DNA of 64,000 nt from Clostridium sp. CAG:793 (GTDB lineage Bacteria; Bacillota; Clostridia; TANB77; CAG-508): assembly GCA_000433915.1 (NCBI GenBank), contig HF993646.1, forward strand, positions 69,357 through 133,356, given 5' to 3'. The notes beneath the pieces are model-generated. The model did no database searches. It worked only from the letters and a program-made list of their open reading frames with translations, and was not told the origin of the DNA. This document shows positions 49,983 to 59,031 of the stretch, in pieces. Both the position numbers and the translations under genes were made by a program. Numbering within the stretch: the first letter of the stretch is position 1; each line of letters begins with the position of its first letter.

Positions 49983-51560
49983 ATGAAATCAAGTGGTAAT
50001 AACTTTTTTAAATATATATTTATTTTGGTTGTAATAGCTCTTATAGCAGGAGCAATTTATATAGTGTATGATAAAAATAAACCAAATGAAGAAAATGATG
50101 AAGATGTTGAAAATGCAGTTCAAAATAATAACGTAAGCATTGTAGAAAATTTGAAAATGGGAATTACGAATTATGATACTATGAATCCAATTCTTACAAA
50201 AAATCGTGAGATTGTTAATATTGATAAATTAGTATTTGATTCATTAATAAATATTACATCAGACTATACGGCTGAATATTCACTTGCAACAGCATGCACA
50301 AAAGTATCAGATACACAATATGAGATAAAAGTAAATACGGGGATAAAATGGCAAGATGGAAGTAGTTTGATAGCTAAAGATGTACAGTATACGATAAATA
50401 AAATTCAAGAAACTGGATCAATATATATGCAGAATATTCAAAAGATAGTAAATGTAGAGACTCCAGATTCTGAAACGGTAATTATAAATTTAAGTGAAGC
50501 AGTTCCTTATTTTGAATATAATTTAACATTCCCTATAATCTCAAGTACGTATTACTTAAATGAAGATTTTCAAAGCACAGGAAAGATACCAATTGGTACT
50601 GGCATGTACAAAATAGCAAGTATAGATAATGACAATATATTGTTAATTAGAAATGATAGATGGAGAAATATAAAATCTAATCCACCTAAAACGCAATCTA
50701 TTACAATTCATAAATATAATGCAATAGGAGAAATCTTTAATGCATTTAAGCTGGGAAATATTGATGTGGTAAATACGTATATGACAGATTATACAAACTA
50801 TGTAGGAACAATGGGATACAATAAGAAAGAATACGCAGGAAGAGACTATGACTTTATAAGCATGAATTGTAAAGACAGTATTTTATCAGATTCAGCTGTT
50901 AGAAAAGCATTAAATTATGGGATAAATAAAGAAAATATAGTAAGTACCGTATTTAGTAACACTAAAATAGTAGCTGATACACCATTAGATTATGGAAGTT
51001 ATTTAAATAATGAAGAAGGAAAAATTTCATATAATCAAGAAGAAGCTAAAAAAACATTAGAAAATGGTGGTTGGACATATGTTAGTGGTAGATGGCAAAA
51101 AAATATAGGTGGATATGTTAGAAAGCTTACATTATCGTTAGTAGTAAATAAGAATAATAATGATAGAGTAAAAGTAGCTAATAATATAAAGAGTCAGCTT
51201 GCAGATATAGGAGTTATTATAAATATAGTACAAGTTGATGATAATAAATATTATGAATATTTAAATAATAAAAATTATCAAATAATTTTAACAGGAGTAA
51301 AATCGTCTGTTAATCCTGATATGACATATTTTTATGGATATAATAATTTGGCTAATTATCAAAATGATGATGTTCAATCTAAGCTAAATAGTTTAGATAA
51401 TTATGGTGAAATTCAGAAAAAAGTAAATGAAGATGTTCCATATATTGGATTGTATAGAAATAAAGGAGTAATAATTTTAAACTCAAATGTAGGCGGAGAT
51501 TTTAGCCCTAATACGTTTAGTTTATACTATAATTTCGATAGATGGTTTAGACAACAATAA
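49983..51560 (+). CDS. ABC transporter substrate-binding protein, family 5 (peptide/nickel type), membrane-anchored
   Basis: N-terminal TM anchor; WQDGSSLIAKDVQYTINK-type block typical of SBP_bac_5. No permease or ATPase genes nearby. Confidence 0.75.
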   Translation: MKSSGNNFFKYIFILVVIALIAGAIYIVYDKNKPNEENDEDVENAVQNNNVSIVENLKMGITNYDTMNPILTKNREIVNIDKLVFDSLINITSDYTAEYSLATACTKVSDTQYEIKVNTGIKWQDGSSLIAKDVQYTINKIQETGSIYMQNIQKIVNVETPDSETVIINLSEAVPYFEYNLTFPIISSTYYLNEDFQSTGKIPIGTGMYKIASIDNDNILLIRNDRWRNIKSNPPKTQSITIHKYNAIGEIFNAFKLGNIDVVNTYMTDYTNYVGTMGYNKKEYAGRDYDFISMNCKDSILSDSAVRKALNYGINKENIVSTVFSNTKIVADTPLDYGSYLNNEEGKISYNQEEAKKTLENGGWTYVSGRWQKNIGGYVRKLTLSLVVNKNNNDRVKVANNIKSQLADIGVIINIVQVDDNKYYEYLNNKNYQIILTGVKSSVNPDMTYFYGYNNLANYQNDDVQSKLNSLDNYGEIQKKVNEDVPYIGLYRNKGVIILNSNVGGDFSPNTFSLYYNFDRWFRQQ

Positions 51561-51570
51561 AAAGAAAAGT

Positions 51571-51638
51571 GAAAAAATGTTCGCAAAAACTATTGACAAA
51601 AAAATTTAATAATATATAATATACACAAACAAATGTTT
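51571..51638 (+). promoter_or_regulatory. recA promoter with SOS boxes
   Basis: GAAAAAATGTTC (51571-82), then TTGACA-17-TATAAT (51593-51621), then AAACAAATGTTT (51627-38). Confidence 0.6.
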
Positions 51639-51651
51639 AGAGGAGGAATTT

Positions 51652-52743
51652 ATGAGCACAGAGAAAGAAAAGAACAAAATTAGTTCAGAAAAACAAAAAG
51701 CATTAGAAGCAGCAATGGGACAAATTGAAAAACAATTTGGTAAAGGATCTGTAATGAAACTAGGAGAATTTAAAGCCATGAATATAGAAGCTATACCAAC
51801 AGGAGCATTAAGCCTTGATATAGCATTAGGAATAGGTGGAATACCAAAGGGAAGAATTATAGAAGTATATGGACCAGAATCATCTGGAAAAACTACTTTA
51901 GCACTTCATATGATTGCAGAAGCACAGAAGAAAGGTGGAGAGGCAGCGTTTATCGATGCTGAGCATGCTTTAGATCCTGTTTATGCTAAACATTTAGGAG
52001 TTGATATAGATAATTTAATAGTATCACAACCAGATACAGGAGAACAAGCATTAGAAATTGCTGAAGCTCTTGTAAGAAGCGGAGCTATTGATATAATTGT
52101 TGTTGACTCTGTTGCAGCACTCGTACCAAAGGCTGAAATAGATGGTGATATGGGAGATGCTCATGTTGGTTTACAAGCAAGATTGATGTCACAAGCTTTA
52201 AGAAAATTAGCAGGTGTTATAAATAAATCAAATAGCTGTATAGTATTTATAAATCAATTAAGAGAAAAAGTTGGAGTAATGTTTGGAAATCCTGAAACAA
52301 CTCCAGGGGGTAGAGCTCTTAAGTTCTATGCCTCTGTGAGACTTGATATAAGAAGAGTTGAAAACATAAAACAAGATGGAGAAGTAGTAGGAAGTAGAGC
52401 TAGAGTGAAGGTAGTAAAAAATAAAGTTGCTCCACCATTTAGAGAGGCTGAATTTGATATTATATATGGTAAAGGAATTTCTAAGTCAGGAAATATCTTA
52501 GATTTAGGTGTTAACTTAGGAATAGTAGATAAGAGTGGATCATGGTTTGGCTATAATGGAGAAAGAATTGGACAAGGTAGAGAAAATGCAAAGAAATATT
52601 TAGAAGATAATCCTAAGATTATGGAAGATATTGAAGCAAAAGTAAGAAAGAATTTTAATGAAGCATTTGAAAAAAGCCTTGGAGATGAAGTAATTGATGA
52701 TGAACAAGACATAGAGCCAGAAGATGATGATTTAGACGAATAA
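51652..52743 (+). CDS. recA: recombinase RecA
   Basis: [12 protein letters not shown] Walker A with full-length conservation, 363 aa. Confidence 0.98.
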   Translation: MSTEKEKNKISSEKQKALEAAMGQIEKQFGKGSVMKLGEFKAMNIEAIPTGALSLDIALGIGGIPKGRIIEVYGPESSGKTTLALHMIAEAQKKGGEAAFIDAEHALDPVYAKHLGVDIDNLIVSQPDTGEQALEIAEALVRSGAIDIIVVDSVAALVPKAEIDGDMGDAHVGLQARLMSQALRKLAGVINKSNSCIVFINQLREKVGVMFGNPETTPGGRALKFYASVRLDIRRVENIKQDGEVVGSRARVKVVKNKVAPPFREAEFDIIYGKGISKSGNILDLGVNLGIVDKSGSWFGYNGERIGQGRENAKKYLEDNPKIMEDIEAKVRKNFNEAFEKSLGDEVIDDEQDIEPEDDDLDE

Positions 52744-52751
52744 TTTAAATA

Positions 52752-53396
52752 TTGAAAGGTAGAACTTTGAGAGAAGTAAACATACATAATTTATCCCAAG
52801 AAATAAACAGAAGCAAACGTAATAAAGATATGTGCATATCTGATGATGAGTTTAATAAGTCTGATATGCACTATATCCAAGATGAAGTTAAAGAGCAAAA
52901 ATCTAGTAATGTAGCTTTTAACAGGTATAAGGTTAAGTTCTTTAATGAAAATGGATATGCTTTAGAGAAATATGATGAAGCTAAAACTAAAATGTTAAAA
53001 TATATTTTCTATAAAAAAAGGACAGAGAATGAAATTCGTACAAAATTTAAGAAAGACTATAGTCAAGATATAATTGATGATGCAATTACTGAACTAAAAA
53101 AGCTTGGATATATAAATGATACAAATTATGTTGAAAGATTTGTTAGAGAATATATGGCACTAAAAAGCTTATCAAGAAAAGAGCTAAGATACAAATTAAT
53201 GTCTAAAGGTATTAAAAATAATGACATTGATTTATACTTTTCCGAAAATAGTGAAGAACTTAACGAATATGAATTACAGTCTGCAATAAAGATTGTTAAT
53301 AGGAAGAAAAATTCAATGGAAGACATTGAAATAAAACAGTTTCTATTGAAAAAAGGATATACAAGTGATAATATAAAGTTAGCAATGAGTTATTAA
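52752..53396 (+). CDS. recX: recombination regulator RecX
   Basis: Directly after recA, with three-helix repeat blocks (GYINDTNYVERFV, ELRYKLMSKGI). TTG start; the true start may be internal. Confidence 0.8.
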   Translation: MKGRTLREVNIHNLSQEINRSKRNKDMCISDDEFNKSDMHYIQDEVKEQKSSNVAFNRYKVKFFNENGYALEKYDEAKTKMLKYIFYKKRTENEIRTKFKKDYSQDIIDDAITELKKLGYINDTNYVERFVREYMALKSLSRKELRYKLMSKGIKNNDIDLYFSENSEELNEYELQSAIKIVNRKKNSMEDIEIKQFLLKKGYTSDNIKLAMSY

Positions 53397-53441
53397 TATA
53401 ATAAAATGATTTGAAGAAAAATAATATGAAAGGTAATAATA

Positions 53442-54197
53442 ATGCAAAACATCTTTACATTAGAAACTAATAAGTACAATATAAAAATCGAAAACTTTGA
53501 AGGCCCTTTAGATCTATTATGCCATTTGATAGAAGTAAATAAAATGGATATATATGAAGTAAATCTTAATGAGATAACAGATCAATATATTGATTATATA
53601 AATAAAATGGAAGAGCTGGACTTAGAAGTTACAAGTGAATTTTTAATAATGGCATCTAATCTATTGTTTATAAAATCTAAAAAACTTCTTCCACGTCAGG
53701 AGGAAGAAGAAGAAATGTTATCAGAAGAAGAACTTATTCAAAGGATAATCGAATACAAACAATATAAAGAGATTACTAATAAATTTAGACAATTATATGA
53801 TGAAAATTCAAAAAGATTTTATAGATTACCTGAAAGTATAGAATTACCTAAACAGAAATTAGAGATTAAACATTCATATCAGGATATTGTAGAAAAGTAT
53901 AAAGAAATTTTACATAGAAATGAAGTGAAGGTTAATAAAAATTCTAAGAATTTGGAGAAGATTGCTATAATAGAGAACTATTCTGTTGGAGATACTGTAA
54001 AGACAATGTTTAGAGCATTAATACGTAATTCTAATTTTGTATTCAATACATTATTCTCATTGAATAAATGCAAACCACAAGAAGTTGTTACAGCGTTTTC
54101 AGGATTATTAGAGATGTCAAGGAGAAATAAAGTAGAAACTAAACAAGAATATTTATTTGGAGATATAGAAGTATCAAAAAAGAAGAAGACAGTGTGA
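53442..54197 (+). CDS. scpA: segregation and condensation protein A
   Basis: FEGPLDLLCHLIE and EFLIMASNLLFIKSKKLLP motifs. Confidence 0.93.
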   Translation: MQNIFTLETNKYNIKIENFEGPLDLLCHLIEVNKMDIYEVNLNEITDQYIDYINKMEELDLEVTSEFLIMASNLLFIKSKKLLPRQEEEEEMLSEEELIQRIIEYKQYKEITNKFRQLYDENSKRFYRLPESIELPKQKLEIKHSYQDIVEKYKEILHRNEVKVNKNSKNLEKIAIIENYSVGDTVKTMFRALIRNSNFVFNTLFSLNKCKPQEVVTAFSGLLEMSRRNKVETKQEYLFGDIEVSKKKKTV

Positions 54198-54234
54198 TTA
54201 TATGTTAGAAAATCATTAGAATAAATATAAAAAA

Positions 54235-54870
54235 ATGGGCAAGACTATCATTAGGAGGAAAATAGTGGTAGTCTTGCTTTGCTTTTTATGTAGTTTTATT
54301 ATAATATTTTTATTAGTATTAATGATTATTATAATAAAGGGAAAAATTGAATTAAAAGTATGTAATATATGTATACATGATATTAATGATTTAAAGAATA
54401 TTGTTGAGACGATTGTGAATAAAAAATATCCAAATGTTTTAGAATATATTGATTTCCAAATTATATGCAGGTTGTATATATGTAAAAATATTAAATTTAA
54501 TATACTAAAATTAGATAATATGCAAACTAGAAAGATGTTGATAAAGTCTAATATCCAGGATATGAAGAGTGAAGATCCAGAAAAGAAACAAAAAGAAAAG
54601 ATGGAAAAATTAAAGAAGATTATGCCACATGTGTGTATCGATAATTTGAACTTTAATTTAAGTATCGGTGTAGAAGATGCGTATGCAACTGCAATGATAA
54701 CAAGTGCATTAGGCATAATTACTTCAATAATATTATCATTATTTATTGAAGATAATAAAAATTGCACATATATAATCAATCCAGTGTATATAGATAAAAA
54801 TGTGTTTGAAATGAATGCAGCAATAGCAGCAGGAATACGAATAAAGGACTTAATTATAGCAATGAAATAA
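54235..54870 (+). CDS. DUF2953 (YtfI-like) sporulation-associated membrane protein
   Basis: N-terminal TM and the block LNFNLSIGVEDAYATAMITSALG typical of DUF2953. Preferred over the fully overlapping antisense ORF. Confidence 0.6.
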   Translation: MGKTIIRRKIVVVLLCFLCSFIIIFLLVLMIIIIKGKIELKVCNICIHDINDLKNIVETIVNKKYPNVLEYIDFQIICRLYICKNIKFNILKLDNMQTRKMLIKSNIQDMKSEDPEKKQKEKMEKLKKIMPHVCIDNLNFNLSIGVEDAYATAMITSALGIITSIILSLFIEDNKNCTYIINPVYIDKNVFEMNAAIAAGIRIKDLIIAMK

Positions 54871-54910
54871 ACACTATAATTACTATGGATTAGTAATATA
54901 GTGTTTTTTA
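54870..54910. terminator. bidirectional hairpin between convergent genes
   Basis: ACACTATAATTACTA ... TAGTAATATAGTGT followed by a T-run. Confidence 0.6.
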
Positions 54911-54912
54911 TT

Positions 54913-55497
54913 TTACATATCTGAACTTGTTTCATCATATTCAATATCATATGGTTTAGATTCTTTTTTTACAACTTCTGAGGCAGTTACATTGGTATTA
55001 TTTTTTATAGGTGGTGTAGATGATTCTTTTGTAACTTTTAATGTAACAGAAGAATCTTTTTTGTTATCTAATTTTTTTAATTGTGTGTCAATAATTGAAC
55101 TTGTTTTTTCAACCAAATCTGGGATAAAATCTAAAAGTTTATCTAGTGATGATGAATGGGTAACAGGTAATAATTTTACTCCAGTTGGTTGAATGGCAAT
55201 AAATGCGATTGGGCTGATACTTACTCCAGCACCTGATCCTCCACCAAAAGGCAATCTTGAATTTTCAGAAGATGTGGATTTAGAATCATCGTCTTTTGAC
55301 TTATTTTTGTCATTATTAGTTGGAATTTTAAACTCGCTTCCACCAGCTGCAAAACCGAAATTTACTTTAGAAACTGGAATTATAACAATATTATTAGATG
55401 TTTCAATTGGTTCACCTATTATTGTGTTAACATCAACCATCTCTTTTATTGAATTCATAGCAGTGTTCATTAATCCTTCAATAGGATAATTATTCAT
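54913..55497 (-). CDS. ytfJ: GerW/YtfJ-family sporulation protein with a Ser/Lys-rich C-terminal extension
   Basis: IEGLMNTAMNSIKEMVDVNTIIGEPI...IIPVSKV.FGFAAGG...GGGSGAGVSI.P.AF. The ATG at 55497 follows AAGGAG. Confidence 0.85.
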   Translation of the reverse strand: MNNYPIEGLMNTAMNSIKEMVDVNTIIGEPIETSNNIVIIPVSKVNFGFAAGGSEFKIPTNNDKNKSKDDDSKSTSSENSRLPFGGGSGAGVSISPIAFIAIQPTGVKLLPVTHSSSLDKLLDFIPDLVEKTSSIIDTQLKKLDNKKDSSVTLKVTKESSTPPIKNNTNVTASEVVKKESKPYDIEYDETSSDM

Positions 55498-55529
55498 AAT
55501 ATTTAGCTCCTTTACTTTAAATTTATATG

Positions 55530-55558
55530 TATTATTTACCATATAAAGAAAAATATTC
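55530..55558 (-). promoter_or_regulatory. possible forespore-type promoter for ytfJ
   Basis: Minus-strand GAATA, 17-bp spacer, AATAATA (one mismatch to CATAATA). Confidence 0.3.
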
Positions 55559-55561
55559 AAA

Positions 55562-55616
55562 TTTTTATAAAAAGGCCGAAGCCTAGACGGAAAATTCTGT
55601 CCAGGCTTCGGCCTTG
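55562..55616 (-). terminator. GC-rich intrinsic terminator of the 55.6-kb orphan
   Basis: 17-bp stem AAGGCCGAAGCCTAGAC/GTCCAGGCTTCGGCCTT followed by a T-run on the minus strand. Confidence 0.8.
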
Positions 55617-55637
55617 AAAATAGGAATTAATGTGAAA

Positions 55638-56381
55638 TTAGTCGTTCACATCAATATCTAACATTTCTAATTTTAATTTATCACTCCTAACTGCTGTAAC
55701 AATGCACCGAATATTTGAGTCTAGTGGGTATGTTTTGGTGGAATCTAAGATTCCATACACCATAGGGCTTACTTCAATGATGTAGCCATCATTTGTCTTA
55801 AGTCTTTGAGCGATCCGCCCGACGACCTGACGACCAGGATAGTAATTGGATAGTTGGTCTTTACAAAGATCTTTGATTGATCCATAAATAGTATGGTCAT
55901 AGCGGTTCTTTCCAATAATCTTTATACGATGTTCAGTGCCAAGAGGAGACTGTTTTTTAAGATTATGGATTGGAGCTACTGAGATGTCAGATACCTTGCA
56001 ACGTACAACGCTACTATTATTGGAACACTGCATGATAAGACCATCTTTAAAGTACCCAACAACTCTGCAAATCTGAGAACTTCCAATGTGAACCTTCTGA
56101 TAATCTTCAAGCATTACTTCGCGATGAGAATAGTAACGCTCAGAGCCTTGCTTATGACAAACGTAAACGGTAATCTCCTGACCAAAAAGCCTTTCAACTT
56201 CTTTGGGCATCAGATATGATGTGAAATCATTGGGGTCATACATTGAAACTTCGCTGAGTTCCATGTAGCCAAAGCTACCGGTGTCAAGGTTTAAGAATCT
56301 TAAGCGCTTGGATGGATTGTCCCACCCGACTACTTTGACACGGTATTTCCGGATCTTTTCAGCTGCTGAATTATTTTTCAT
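55638..56381 (-). CDS. uncharacterised OB/S1-like repeat protein (paralogue 1), GC-rich
   Basis: The ATG at 56381 lies 9 nt after GGAGG; the track TTG start is the RBS itself. Several beta-rich G..V.G.V-type segments. The C-terminal half aligns with the 57925-58515 product. Confidence 0.7.
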   Translation of the reverse strand: MKNNSAAEKIRKYRVKVVGWDNPSKRLRFLNLDTGSFGYMELSEVSMYDPNDFTSYLMPKEVERLFGQEITVYVCHKQGSERYYSHREVMLEDYQKVHIGSSQICRVVGYFKDGLIMQCSNNSSVVRCKVSDISVAPIHNLKKQSPLGTEHRIKIIGKNRYDHTIYGSIKDLCKDQLSNYYPGRQVVGRIAQRLKTNDGYIIEVSPMVYGILDSTKTYPLDSNIRCIVTAVRSDKLKLEMLDIDVND

Positions 56382-56432
56382 AGTGTAATCCTCCAAAATT
56401 TAAATTAAAAATGTACAAATCCTTTCTAAAGA

Positions 56433-56485
56433 TTATGAATAACATTCATAATTTTTATGTTAACACAAAATACAATAAAAATCAA
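56433..56485 (-). promoter_or_regulatory. promoter TTGATT-17-TGTTAACAT plus leader palindrome TTATGAAT-N3-ATTCATAA
   Basis: Read on the minus strand. Homologous to 58584-58638. Confidence 0.5.
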
Positions 56486-56563
56486 GTTATTTGCATAATG
56501 TATTCAAAGGACTATAAAGAACATTTTTTATAAAAATACATATAATTGAGTAGGAGGGTGATT

Positions 56564-57846
56564 ATGAAGAAAAATACACATTATATATGTGTGATGATGA
56601 TTTTGACTTTTTTACTTTTAATGATTGGCTGTGCTAATTATACATATGCTATTACACCAGAGTCTAAGGATTGGTATTACGGTGTTGATGTAAGTGGGTG
56701 GCAAGGATATATAGATTATGCAAAAGTAAAAAAGGATAGAATAGATATTGTATATATGAAGTCTAGTGAAGGAAGAACGTGGAAAGATAGTTATTTTGAA
56801 ACGAATTACAGGAATGCCAAAGCAAATGGCTTGAAGGTCCGGAGTATATCATTTTTTAACAGCAACTAATGTGCGCGATGCAGAAGATCAAGCTAGGTTT
56901 TTTGCATCAGTTATATCTGGAAAACAAATAGATTGCAAACTAGCAATGGATTATGAGAGTTTTCAAGGCGCTAGTGTAGAAATGATAAATGCTATATCTA
57001 ATGCATTTTTAAATAAGGTAAGAGAACTAACTGGAAAAGAGACAATAATTTATAGTGACATATATAATGCACAAAATAGGTTTGATAAAGAGCTTGCTGG
57101 AAATTATCCATTATGGCTTGCATATTATGGTGACTATAATAATACTGAAGATATAGATGTGAGATGGAGTAAATGGACTGGAATACAATATTCAGATAGG
57201 GGAAATGTAAGTGGTATAAGAGGTAGTGTTGATAGAGATGTATTCACAAAACAAATATTTTTAGGAAATTCGGATAAAACGCCAGATGTTGTTCATCCAA
57301 ATAATAATCAAAATTCAAATGTTATAGAATATGTTGTAAAAAGTGGTGATACATTGTGGGGAATATCAAGAAGATACAACACAACAATTTCTGAAATAGT
57401 TAATTTAAATAATATTAGTAATCCGAACTTAATTTATCCAGGTGAAGTGCTAAAAATAATAACAAATAGTAATTTGAATGGAACGGAAAATAGAGCTACA
57501 GGAAAGATAATATATACTGTAAAGTCTCGGAGATACTCTATGGGCAATTTCGAGATATTATGGGGTATCTATACAGCAGATTGTTGAACTAAATAATATA
57601 CAAAATCCGAATTTAATATATCCGGGTGAACAATTAAGAATAACATCATTATCAACTAATGGTGTTTTACAAAATAATTATACTAATCCTAATACTCAAG
57701 CAAATTACATTGTATATACAGTAAGATCAGGAGATACATTATGGGCAATTTCTAGATATTATGGGGTATCAATTAATAGAATCGTAACAATAAATCATAT
57801 ACAGAATCCAAACTTGATATATCCAGGGCAAATTTTATATATATAA
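56564..57846 (+). pseudogene. GH25 muramidase with three LysM domains, interrupted by two +1 frameshifts
   Basis: Signal peptide, then DVSGWQG...GLKV | GVYHF...DAEDQARFF across a 1-nt shift at 56840. LysM2 and LysM3 are restored by skipping C at 57528. Confidence 0.85.
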
Positions 57847-57852
57847 ATTATA

Positions 57853-57890
57853 TAAAAACCCCCGTGACACATAGCGTGTGCCACGGGGGT
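57853..57890 (-). terminator. GC-rich terminator of the 57.9-kb orphan
   Basis: Stem ACCCCCGTG.CAC/GTG.CACGGGGGT followed by a T-run on the minus strand. Confidence 0.75.
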
Positions 57891-57924
57891 GCTGAGGTTT
57901 AGTTGTTATAGGCTGCTGGGGTAA

Positions 57925-58515
57925 TTATCCCAGAACTGTGACCTTTTTAAGGATCAGCATATTGGGAGGTGTAATAGCCTCTACTACAGCCTTCACATGT
58001 TTTCCGTAAAGGTACCCTCTGGAGCTTACATACGAAGCTCCAACAGAGCAGCTGAGCTCAACGGCGTATGCGTACAAAGATGCACCGTCTTTAACTTTTT
58101 CACCGTTCCTTTCGACTTGCTCCTTAAGCGCAGGATAGCAGGAGGCATCGGGAGAGATCTCCTCTTGGTAAACAACTGTGGCGTACACGATTGAGCCACG
58201 TTCGAAGTCACGAACCGACAGGGTACATGCGGCACGGATAGAAACCAAAGGATAGACCTTGCCATCTACTTGGTATTTGCCAGGCAGGGTGACGAAAGCA
58301 ACATCTTTGCCGATGGGAAAAGTGTTTTTCAGGTAGTTGCTTGCGCTTTTTCCGGTTGCATACTGGATGCAGTCAGAGATGACTGTAGCTGCATCACTCA
58401 TGCAAGCAACAGTTTCATCACAGTTGTTGCATTTGATGAGCAACGCACAAGGGACACCAGAGTTGTCAAAGACGTAATCAATGATTTTGCCATTAAATTT
58501 TTCCATAAGATCCAT
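57925..58515 (-). CDS. uncharacterised OB/S1-like protein (paralogue 2), GC-rich
   Basis: AGGAG RBS. Two 60-nt lines counted at 47% and 55% G+C. Aligns with the 55638-56381 product. Confidence 0.7.
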   Translation of the reverse strand: MDLMEKFNGKIIDYVFDNSGVPCALLIKCNNCDETVACMSDAATVISDCIQYATGKSASNYLKNTFPIGKDVAFVTLPGKYQVDGKVYPLVSIRAACTLSVRDFERGSIVYATVVYQEEISPDASCYPALKEQVERNGEKVKDGASLYAYAVELSCSVGASYVSSRGYLYGKHVKAVVEAITPPNMLILKKVTVLG

Positions 58516-58583
58516 GTTAATTCTCCTATATGAAATTCACGGGTTGATAACGGACTAAATATAAACCTCTCTTTCTACAAAAA

Positions 58584-58638
58584 TTTATGAATAAAAAATT
58601 CATAAATATATGTTAACATAAATCAGAGAAAAAATCAA
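58584..58638 (-). promoter_or_regulatory. promoter TTGATT-17-TGTTAACAT plus leader palindrome TTTATGAAT-N5-ATTCATAAA
   Basis: Read on the minus strand. Homologous to 56433-56485. Confidence 0.5.
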
Positions 58639-58698
58639 GCTTAATTGTTAAATTTGTAAACTTAAGTTTACAAAGGGAAAAACAACGATACACCTCTA

Positions 58699-58727
58699 TT
58701 TACAAAATCCCCCACTGGGTATATAAT
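58699..58727 (+). promoter_or_regulatory. copZA promoter with a CsoR-type operator in the spacer
   Basis: TTTACA, 17-bp spacer, TATAAT. The spacer holds ATCCCCCACTGGGTAT (the reverse complement contains TACCCAGTGGGGGAT). Confidence 0.6.
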
Positions 58728-58811
58728 AAGCTTGGGGTTGTGAAAAAAGAAAATTTGGAAATAATATATGAATTAGTAGAATTATTTAAAAAATAATAAA
58801 TAAGAAAGGAT

Positions 58812-59030
58812 ATGAAAGAAATGAAAGGATTAAAATTAAAAATAAATGGAATGATGTGCGGAGGATGTGAAAATAGAGTAAAAAATGCATTATTAGAAAT
58901 AGATGGAGTAGAAAGTGTAGAAGCTGATCACAATACAGGAATAGTTGTAATAAATTCTAAAAAAGATTTAGATATAGCTAAAATCAAAGAACAAATAATT
59001 GATATTGGATATGAAATTGTAGAGGAATAA
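58812..59030 (+). CDS. copZ: copper chaperone CopZ
   Basis: HMA domain with MMCGGC. The start may be the second ATG at 58821. Confidence 0.88.
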   Translation: MKEMKGLKLKINGMMCGGCENRVKNALLEIDGVESVEADHNTGIVVINSKKDLDIAKIKEQIIDIGYEIVEE

Positions 59031-59031
59031 T

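Noticed and set aside
54216-54950. 244-aa minus-strand ORF that completely overlaps the 211-aa + strand ORF at 54235-54870.
   Set aside because: The + strand product has the DUF2953/YtfI signature (N-terminal TM, GVEDAYATAMITSALG). The minus-strand product is low-complexity I/F/L/S-rich with no RBS context. It is a striking stop-free antisense frame for such AT-rich DNA, but most likely a shadow ORF.
56433-56451. Reading the ATGAAT...ATTCAT leader palindromes (also at 58584-58606) as ArgR/AhrC ARG boxes.
   Set aside because: The ARG box has a 4-nt centre (TGAAT-W4-ATTCA). These sites have 3-nt and 5-nt centres, and there are no arginine genes nearby. I kept them only as unassigned palindromes.
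57997-58533. Track ORFs 57997-58194(+), 58026-58265(-) and 58270-58533(+). The same applies to 61431-61622(+), 61549-61773(-) and 61592-62005(+).
   Set aside because: They lie inside the two GC-rich orphan genes, where raised G+C depletes stop codons in all frames. None has an RBS. The long minus-strand ORFs with GGAGG/AGGAG RBS explain the regions.
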